DNA of 64,000 nucleotides from Lama guanicoe (lineage: Eukaryota), in the NCBI GenBank assembly GCA_013239625.1, contig MU054187.1:16198941-16262940 (forward strand), read 5' to 3'. Made by a program: the position numbers and the translations under genes. The notes beneath the pieces were generated by a model. It worked only from the letters and a program-made list of their open reading frames with translations. It was not told where the DNA came from and searched no databases. Below, one piece after another: positions 38,546 through 47,957 of the stretch (position 1 is its first letter; every line of letters begins with the position of its first letter).

Positions 38546-41500
38546 AGTAATTTTTAGTATTTACTAACAAAGTTATTTCTCCTTTAAATTTAATAGCATA
38601 ATGGGTAAAAAAGAAAATGATTAAAAAACTTTCAACTTGACATAAAATAACCAGTTTGATTTAAATAGGAAAAGAATATATGTACCTATCTTTTTTAGTT
38701 AACATAAATTTATCACCACATAGACCAATCTTTCTTAATTATATACTCAACCTACAGATTGCTTTAGTGCCACATGGGCTAATTCACAGAGGCTAGCAGC
38801 TTTACGGGAAGCTGACTTTGCTCTGCAGAGATACACAATCCCTTTAAGACAGAACTCTTCTGAGCTTAATGCTTCACAGAATAAGTATTATGGTTCCCAT
38901 ACATCAAATAGACATTTCCTAGACTTGCAAGATCAATTTGACGTTCTAATTAAATACCTGCCCCCTCCTTAAAAAAAAACCCGGAGCTCCATGGGCTGTA
39001 ACCGATTAGAGAACAGCACTAAACTTTACCTATTGCCTGAGCTTTAAGAAATACATGCTGATGAAAAACTGTGACTCAAGCAATAAGTCAGGTCTCTGTC
39101 ATGCCTAATTCTCCATGTTGTTAGATTAAAAATTGCTACTCCAAAATGCCATGACACAGAGCATTTGCAGATGAACCTGGATGGGAGATCTAAAACTCAT
39201 CAGAGAAAGGATGGAAGAAGATTTTTTTAAAGAAATCATTTGAAACATTTTCCTTCTAAAATTCACAAGATTCAATGTTATCTGAATGAAAGATCTCAAA
39301 ATTTGTTAGCAAAGCAAGATGGAGTGAAATGCAGTTAATGCATCTCAAATTGTAAAGTTGTTTTAAAAAGTGGCTTTCTTATTACATCCAAATGCAATTT
39401 TCAAGATAGAGGCATTGTACCATGACTCTGTGTGCTGTGCTGTGTGTACAGTAAAGCGGCAAAATTAATCCCTTCCCCTGACGACCTCTAGAAATGAAAA
39501 CCCATTATAGTAATAATATTTGTACTTAGGTCATGATGTTTTTGTGCTGAATTTGAATGCCATGAAATGATTATATATAGTGGCTGATGGGGACATATGT
39601 GCAAATAATTACATAAATAATCCTCTTTACGTAGGTGCAAGGTGACTTTTTGAATCAGATGGAAACTAGTTGCAACCTAATAAAACTCATAATAATTTTC
39701 ATTACTGCTGAGGCATGGCCCTTACTCTCCTGAAGCCTGATTAGAAATATTTTACTTTCCATGGGGATCCAATGAGAGAATTTGACTAGAATCCATGCAA
39801 CTTCAAGGCCAGAGTCTGTCCTCAAGGTAAAAGTCTCCACTTGGCTCTTGAACATCCTTAATAGGGTCGAGGATTTTTCAGTGTTGCTTTTCTCTGAAAA
39901 GGGAGGTAACCTTCAAGATTATGAAAATGGTCTTGCAAAAACTCATGTTTAAAAACTAGGGTGTAATTTTCACTTCTGAGAGACCTCCTCCTGGAACCTG
40001 AACACTGGAACCTACCACTCAAGCTACTTTCCATTTTCCCTTACCCATCATAACTTCTGTTTTTTAACCTGTAAAATGAATGTTCCTTAGATTCTTTGAA
40101 TAATTTATATAAAAAAGTATTCTACCCTGTTGCTTCACTTTCTATTCGTTTCCTCTTTTTACTTCATTGCAAGTTAGCTTGCACACCTTCTATTGATCAG
40201 AATACGTACTTTAAATATAGCCAGTTATTTCCTAGTACAACACATTGTCTTTCCCAAGCCTTAGTCTATGTGGCAGCTTTTTAACATTTTCCATATACAA
40301 CTCCTGCTTTTTAAAATTTCTCACTCTTTCTATTTTTCATAGCCACTCAATAGTTATTTGCTAAATGCGTGAATGCACGATTATACTTTTCTGGTTTACC
40401 TTCTCCGTTTTTAAGTACTTCTCTGTCATCTGATGCACAGCCATAGTTTTACCTTCTGCCTTTATATGTGATGGTTAATTATCTTACTCTTTGTTTCTCT
40501 GGGCCTCTTTACCAAGTTCCAGATGCCTATGAAAATTCTCCGTGTGATTTCATCACCAGTAGATTAAGTTCAGTATGCCTCCTGACCATCGCAACCCCAA
40601 ATAACTTCTACATTCTCTATTTTTGTTAATGACACTAGTATTCCTTAGTCATTAAAGTTCAACAGCGCAGTTTTATTCTGAATTTCTTAATTCCTGTTCA
40701 GACATGCAGTCTTGAAGATTCTGTCCCCGTATTTTCTCTCCTGTTTACTTCCATTGCCAACAATAAATTCTCCCTAAGCCTTCTTCTAATCACATAGTTA
40801 TTACCTTGAACCCCTAGCTTAAAAACTGTTTGTAGCATACTATAATTGCTCCATAGAAAGTGCATGAAATTAACACATTTTTCTACATAGCCTCAGCCTT
40901 TTCCAAACCACTTATAATGAATTTTTCTTCCTATTAAAAAAAAATACTCTGATAATGTCGTTCTTCAGCTAAGAACAAACCAAGCATTGCATGGGTACTG
41001 CATTATTTACTGAACAGACTCACAAACTATTTGGTCTAGTATTCCACAGGCTTTTCCAACACTGATCTTATTTTCTGTACTTATAATTCCATTTAACTTG
41101 ATGTCCATTGCTTAATTACTGCTATTAACATGTTTAATATTTCGGTCCCCACCAAGACTGAAACCCTCATTTAAATCTTACCAATGTCTTTTCATGAGGT
41201 TAGACCTTTGATTCTGACGCTAAGGCAGTTGAGTTTGAGTTTGTGCCGATCCTAAGGAAGATGTGGTACTAGCTTGGACTCCCTAATGAACAGCTGGCAT
41301 TCCTGCCACCTCACTCCATACATTTCTTTCTACTTGTATGTGCCATGACCAGAAAATGCCATAATGCTCAAACACCAAAGGTTACTTGCCCATCAAACTG
41401 AACTTTGCTTTCAACACAAGGAGTAAGTTAGCTTCCTCCAAAAGGATGAATCCAATACCAGGTCTCACTGCTTGCCCATCCTACTATAACTGACTATGTC

Positions 41501-42369
41501 TACAGATATGTTACTTCTGCTGAAATATTCTAGCACGTTTCAGTTGACTCACATAACAGACATAACAAGGTTCCGCATGAACCCAAGAACTCGTACATTT
41601 ATTAAGGGCAAAGACTATGATTTGGTCTCTATTATGTCAGTCACTATAATTTGTACATTGCCTCCTACAAAGAAGATACTCAAATATTTATCAAACGAGA
41701 GCTATACTCCTCATCCTTTCTCTTTTTACCCCTGCCCCACCGTAACTCGGTTGGAACTATCTTTCTGGCTGTTGACTTAGAGAGGAATTTAGTACAAGTA
41801 CTCTGGACGTGATTAGTCCGTGACTGAAAACATGTCCTAAAATAACTTTGGTGTTAAGAATTGAAGAATCAGAGCTCTTGAAGATCACAGACAAGATTGA
41901 GAATTACTGGTGAACTTCAATGTTTTGAAGGATTTTGAGAAGAAAGTTGCCCTTCATAAGACATTGTAAGGTTGCTCGGTACTACATTTTAACTTGGAGA
42001 CATTTTTATGCTTGTGTGAAAATTATTTTGTGTCTGTCCAGTGAACACACTATCTCTAGTTCTCTTACTTGAAAAACAAAGAGAATCACAGAATTTTAGA
42101 GACAGCATAAAATTTTGTAAAAAGCTCATTTAAACCTTTCATTTTGCCAAAGAAAAACACTAGTGATTTCTAGGACCAAATAGAGCCAGAATTTGAACAG
42201 CTATCAGGAGAAACCAGTGGGATTCATGGATCAGAAAAGAGAAAGCTGTTAGGGAGAAGGCCTCAAAGTAGACCTTGTTAATTTTGCCCTGGTTCTCATT
42301 CTCTCCCTCCACCCAGTAACTGCACATGCTCATCCCCTGAAAAACTGTATTTTGAAGGGTCCCTTATAA

Positions 42370-42628
42370 TAGGTGTGGCCATGGGATTAAAATGCTTGTT
42401 ATTCACTTTCTCTTTTCACACCTTCCCATCAATTGGAACACAGACCTGGTTCTGAGCAACAAGACAGAAGGAAACAGGGAGCCCCTGTGAGCGTGTTCAG
42501 CTGCCTCCTCTCCCTGGACTGCCTCCTTTCCTCCAGACTGTTCCACGAGGAACGATCTTCTGAATGGTTGAACCACTATATTCTGGATCTCTTTGTTAGA
42601 GCAGCTTAGCCTACACCCTAATGCAGTC
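42370..42628 (+). mobile_element. MaLR LTR fragment (MLT1K/L-like)
   Basis: ccctggactgcct...ccagact...aaccactatattctggatctctttgtta..gcagcttagcct. Confidence 0.55.
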
Positions 42629-43631
42629 TTCAGGCCAACTGTATGGACACACAGAACACAGACGTGTCGTGGTAAATGGGACCTTGAAGAATTCCTGATC
42701 CAACCACTTACCAATTGGCTGATAGATGTACAGTTAGGCAGAGGGTTACCTTCACAACTTGCACCTCACAAGCCAAAGGAAATATTTCATACACCGATTA
42801 TCTTAAAGTTGAGTTGTCATGGTTCCCTCCACTGAAACGTCATGTTAAAACTGTATACCAATGAGAGCAGCCAACTAAATTGTCAGAGAAATTTATGCTT
42901 TAGCACTACCTGCTGTTCCTCTGAAGCATCTATAACTTTTCTTCCAAAATTTACTCATTAATTCTATTCTCAGAACTATTCTTTCATTCAAACACTAATT
43001 CAAAAATAGTTAAAGAATAATTACCACATAGTGGGAACTGTGCTTCGTGAATGAGATAGACAATGCTCTTGTCCTCATGTTTGATAAAAAAAAAATACAG
43101 TCATTAGAAATAATTAAATTAGCAAGTCTTGGCACCACGGTGAAGAGGAAGCACAGAGCAGCACCGGAGTGTGAGACAGGACGACCTAATGCAGTCTGGT
43201 GTTGAGAATGCTGAACATTTTTTTTTGAAATTTTTTTTTAGCACGGAATCTGTTGTGTCAATAAAGTTTTCTTATTTTTCCTTTTATCTCAGCAAGTCAA
43301 TTAAAGTTTTGGAAAGTCTGGAGAGGAACGTAAAGACAAGGCATCGTCTTCCGTGATGTGGTGAAAAGAGCCATAGCCGTGGAGAAAAGTGGCAGGTGGA
43401 GCTCGTGCACCCCTTTATTTTTAGGGCAGGATGAGGGGCGCGGGGAATAACTGAAGCTGAAACCAAAAGTGAGGGAGACGAACACACAAAAGGCGTTTGA
43501 GGCTGGCTACGCACGGAACACTGCCTGACTGCCAACTGGCCTTTAGGTTAAATAGGCCCCATTAGGTAATGTTTTGAGAGTGTGGTTGTCACCAACTTTG
43601 AGCTTTAGCATTATTTAAAAAAATGAAATTT

Positions 43632-43649
43632 TGTGTGTGTGTGTGTGTG
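43632..43649. repeat. (TG)9 microsatellite
   Basis: Directly visible. Confidence 0.95.
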
Positions 43650-43867
43650 AATGAATCTTATGTAAGATGTAGCCATTACAATACAGTAAACAGACTAATT
43701 TTATAGATTAAAACTTGATTTCAATCATTTAAAATAACTTATAATAATGAGTGTTATATGCCTAGACATGAAAATTCGGTGAAGACACTAAATTAAAATG
43801 TGACTAAAAGCACATATTACCTAAACGTTGCTTTGAACTTTTGAACTCTACTTACTATTCCTAAATC

Positions 43868-43935
43868 AATAGTAATAATAGTAATAGTAATAATAATAAT
43901 AATAATAATTAATAATAACAATAAAAATAATAATA
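43868..43935. repeat. (TAA)n imperfect trinucleotide repeat
   Basis: Directly visible. Confidence 0.9.
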
Positions 43936-44014
43936 CAGGAGAGGATAGAGCAAGGAAAAGCCAATGGTCCTTCACGCTCTTCCCTTTAAATCCATTGCTT
44001 TATGTGCCCTGTAG

Positions 44015-44115
44015 GATGGCCTGTGACGTCAAAAGAAAAAGAAAAGAACAGATGGTAAATCAGAACCCAACAGAAGCTTGGCTAGAATCCACTGAGAAGA
44101 AAATGCTTTATAATG
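44015..44115 (+). other. Candidate spliced exon (101 nt)
   Basis: Acceptor ccattgctttatgtgccctgtAG and consensus donor ATG|gtaagt. One frame is open throughout (MACDVKRKRKEQMVNQNPTEAWLESTEKKMLYN). Confidence 0.4.
44024..44031. promoter_or_regulatory. Full palindromic CRE (TGACGTCA)
   Basis: Exact match with intact CpG; CCAAT at 43961-43965 nearby. Confidence 0.3.
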
Positions 44116-45856
44116 GTAAGTGCTATAATGAAATATGTTAATTCATATTACAAGGATTTAGGAGTCAAGGCCCATCTGTGTGAAACAAATATCACCAATA
44201 AAGATGTTTTCCCACCTGGATTATCAAAGGATCATACAGTGATTTTGACCGCATTTCAGAAACAAGCCGTATGTTGAAAAGTCTCTCGCTTCTCGAGGGC
44301 AGTAGCATGTTATGTGAACATATTTTCAGAACGATTAGAGGCTACTTTTGGGCAGCTCTTCATTATGTCCCAATATTTTATTTTTCAAAACCTTTTCTCT
44401 GCTCTTTCAGGGGTGGCTCTATCTTCACGCTCACCAGAGTGTCCAAGGTACTGGTAAAACTCCCTAGGTTAAAAAAAGGATGCTAATGGGATTGACATAG
44501 TCCTCTCCCCTGTCGGCCTCCCCTCTCCTTTATTTTCTTTTAAAACATTTCTGGAAGCCTAGGAAATCTACAATTATTTCTTTCTGGGCACTTTGCAACA
44601 CTACTAAAAGTATATTTTGAAGTAGAGCTCATGCAAAGATGGTTATTAATTATGCAAAAAAGGCTGCTTGTTTGGGGGCATATTTTGTGAAGAAAATGCT
44701 ATAGTAGGTGGACCATGTTCGCTGATGATGGAAAACATGTACCTGCTTACAGCTTTGAGTCCACAGGCCCAATTTACTAAAAATTAGCGATCCATCAGAT
44801 TGATGGGCATAAAGCAATCTGCACTGTTGGCGCCTTGAAATTTCTTGCATCAGTCACCAGATCATGATTTACTAATAGGGTTTCAGGGCTTGCAAAATAG
44901 CACAACTCTAACCACATATTAATATTTAATCTGGCATTTTAAGTGCACCTAACAAAAGACCCCAGAGCTGCTGACAGAACCCTAAATTGTGAATTTCTTA
45001 AAAGGGAATTGAGCAGGTCCACAGTGATTTCATGAAAAAAAAAGAAAAAGGAAAATAAATGAGTCCCCACGTTTCTTATGTAGACTTCACCAGCCAGGGC
45101 TCTCATTTTTCTTAAAAGTATTTATCATGCATTTTTAGATGCTGTATTAGAGAATCACAAGGCTGTTGCTGGCAGCTGACTACAAAATCCACAATTAGAT
45201 GACAGCAGATGCATTTTGGTTAATAAATTTTATATTAGACAATTTGCTCCTAAAATAATTCATTGGCACTTCCAAAATGTTGCTAAATGAGAGAAGATCT
45301 AGCCTATAAATCACTGGGATCACCTTATTACATGCTTTTAAGTAACTATGTCTGTTCTGCAATAGTGAGTTGGAGAAGGCACTCAGTAGGCAAGAGGCTT
45401 TGCTTTGCAAGCCCATTTTCAAGGCTGAAGATGACCATTAATGCCAAGTTCCAGAGATATCTAGGCACATTTCCGGTGAGAGAGAGCAAAACAAGAGGGA
45501 ACTACAGCCTGCTGATGATAATGAAAACATATAATCACTGTATCTAATGCATGTGATGAGTATACAAAATAGGGCTTGAATTACTTCCATTTGTGACAAA
45601 AATATACCATAATTTATGAAGGATGTTCCTGTAATAACAGGATGCCACCTGTAATAACAGAATGTTTATTCGTGCACAAATGAGGGTTACAAATGATGTT
45701 TCTTATCTATGGAACAAAACACAAAAGACAACTTATTAGCAAAAGATAAATTGCTTAGCAAGATCTCAATGAGATGCTAGGTTTGTCAAGGAAAAAAACA
45801 AAAAGCTTTTTATTTGCACAGACCAATGCCTTTGTAATCCATTTAAAATAATATAC

Positions 45857-45875
45857 TTGCCACTAGGTGGCTATT
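45857..45875 (+). promoter_or_regulatory. CTCF motif
   Basis: ttGCCACTAGGTGGCtatt matches the CTCF core CCAC[CT]AG[AG][GT]GGC. Confidence 0.6.
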
Positions 45876-45889
45876 TCTGATCAGATCAC

Positions 45890-46270
45890 TTTACCATTTT
45901 AATTACATTTTTAATATCCTGGCTGCATAAACAAAGATAAATTACAAGCCCTGCACAATCTGGCTGCTAGCTCAGGCATAGTCAGTAATAATATCAGCTT
46001 TTGTTTGTGCCTCCTCTAATTAGATTCTGAAATCTAGGCTTTGTCAATCAATAATTTTAATTTTAGAATCGCCTTTTGATCTCGCATTTCATGTTTGTTT
46101 GGGAAAATGATCAGTAGGACAAAGCTGATAATTTATGCAGAAACAATCTCTTAGCAGCGCTCCCCGCACATTCCTCCCCATCAGCAGAAGCCTGCAGACT
46201 AAGCTTGACACAGGTCTAATTAGCATGCAGATATGTGTCGCCTCATTGGCAATTCAAATTGCTTTTTTAT
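45890..46270. promoter_or_regulatory. Candidate enhancer: POU/PBX/FOX/homeodomain motif cluster
   Basis: GTCAATCA (46043), TGTTTGTTT (46092), TAATTTATGCA (46129), TAATTAGCAT (46217) and several TAATTA sites in repeat-free sequence. Confidence 0.4.
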
Positions 46271-46871
46271 AATGTACCTCAAATTGTGCTACTCAAACAT
46301 TGTATTTGATTTCCAAAGCCCCCTGGGCATCCCATAATGTCTCCCTTCATCCTGGGTATGAAGCATTTATTGAACAATCTGCTGAGACTGGCTGTCTTTT
46401 CGAAAACACCAAAACATCGTAACCCTGGGACCGGCTTTTCTTGTTGTCAGGGAGCAACTTGTTCTTCCGAGGGATTCCTCATGCCCCATTTGTAGATTCA
46501 GAGATGATATGTCTCCTCAGGAGTTGCCTCTCCCACGTGGCTGATCTATAAGAGCCTCACTTCTGTGCCACTCATTCTTAAAGTGGGGGAGGATGTCTGG
46601 TGAGCACACATTAATATGCGACACATAACCACATCTCTGAATGCCAGTCTTCCACTCTTCATTAAAAATGGCTGGATTGCAAGGATTGTTTTTCCCTTTC
46701 TCCCGCATGCACACGCACACACACTCACACCTAGGTGCACGCAACCTTCTCCTGCACTTTACACACCCACCCAAGACACCCAGAGCCTATCATGTCAGGA
46801 TTGAGTTGTATGTGAAAGTTGTCTGCTGCACAGATGACAAATAAGGAGATTCTAGCGTACATACACTAGGG

Positions 46872-46937
46872 CTTTTTTTCCCCCCTTTTTGCCTTTTTTT
46901 TTTTTTTTTTTTTTTTCCCCCCATTTTTTTTTTTTTG
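46872..46937 (+). repeat. Long polypyrimidine/poly(T) tract ending at a candidate 3' splice site
   Basis: ~65 nt almost entirely T/C, followed by ccacgcAG (AG at 46944-46945). Confidence 0.9.
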
Positions 46938-46945
46938 CCACGCAG

Positions 46946-47232
46946 CAACAAGTGGCAGAATCAATGGTGTACAGTTATTCAGCAATGTAATTCATTTCAC
47001 TGGCTTTGGCTCCTAGCCAGATCCGCCATCTGTCTCTGGCTCTCCCTCTCCCCCTCTCTCTCCCTCTCCCTCTCTTTGGCTTGAATTTGTCCTACATTTC
47101 GTAATACTACGTGCCTGCCATCCTTATCCTATGCCAGAGGTACAACACCAGTCTCACCCCCATTCCGGCGTGGAGTTCTCTGAGTTCGGTGGCACTTGGG
47201 ATATTCCACTTCAGTGCCACGGGAAGAAAAGG
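46946..47232 (+). other. Candidate 5'-UTR/lncRNA exon (or first exon), host gene not identified
   Basis: Very strong acceptor upstream and donor AGG|gtaagg at 47233. Contains a CT-rich repeat, YY1-like CCGCCATCT (47023) and elevated CpG. Confidence 0.5.
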
Positions 47233-47395
47233 GTAAGGAAAAAGCAAAAGGATGAATGCAAAAATATATACATAGATGTAATGTTCTGGTATCCAATTGC
47301 TCCTGCTTCAGCCTTTTATCCAAAGCCTTGAGAAGGATCTGCCTCATCCAGGAACTTTCCCTGCTTCGTTAGAGTATCTTCGTTTTCTCTATCAG

Positions 47396-47957
47396 ATGCT
47401 GGCACCCCACGCCAGCGCACGGCTCCATGGAACGCTTGCTGTTGGACACTTGCAGGGCTCTGCCACCAAACAACCTCCTGCATTGGAAATCGGGGGACTA
47501 CTCCAGGATCTTATGCGTGCTTGCTGTTTGAAGCTGCAGAAAAGTGAATAATCAATTAAGTATTGATTTCTTGTAAGATTTGGTAAATTTCAAAGGCAAG
47601 ACAAAGAGGATGGCTTAAGGAAACACTGCAGGGACTTGGCGTAAATTAGACAACTCACGGAGACGCAGAATAAAATAACACCTCAACTGAAGATTTCCTT
47701 GGAAGAATTAGCACTAGCTATTGGAAGACAATGGTGGATTTAATCAAAACAGCAGGCATGCAAGAATTTTACCCGTGAACCAGAAAAAGGAGCTAATTAT
47801 AACCACCTTTTTAATGGAGCTAATTTGACTGAATGGATGCAAATGTGCTTTATTTATGGATGAAGAAGCAAGCCTTACTGCAATGATCTTGGGATCACCG
47901 TATCTGCTAAGCTTTGCAGCTCCTGTTCCCTTCAGTACATTTTTATTTCCGGAGAAG
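47396..47957 (+). other. Candidate 5'-UTR/lncRNA exon with several upstream ORFs; 3' boundary uncertain
   Basis: Acceptor tatcttcgttttctctatcAG closes a 163-nt GT-AG intron. Donor AAG|gtattt at 47958, alternative TTG|gtaaat near 47582. CpG-enriched 5' part. Confidence 0.45.

Noticed and set aside
46946..47957. Assignment to FOXP2 because the exon ends in tttccRgagaag like a FOXP2 5' exon
   Set aside because: The rest of the sequence does not match my recollection of that exon, so no gene symbol was assigned
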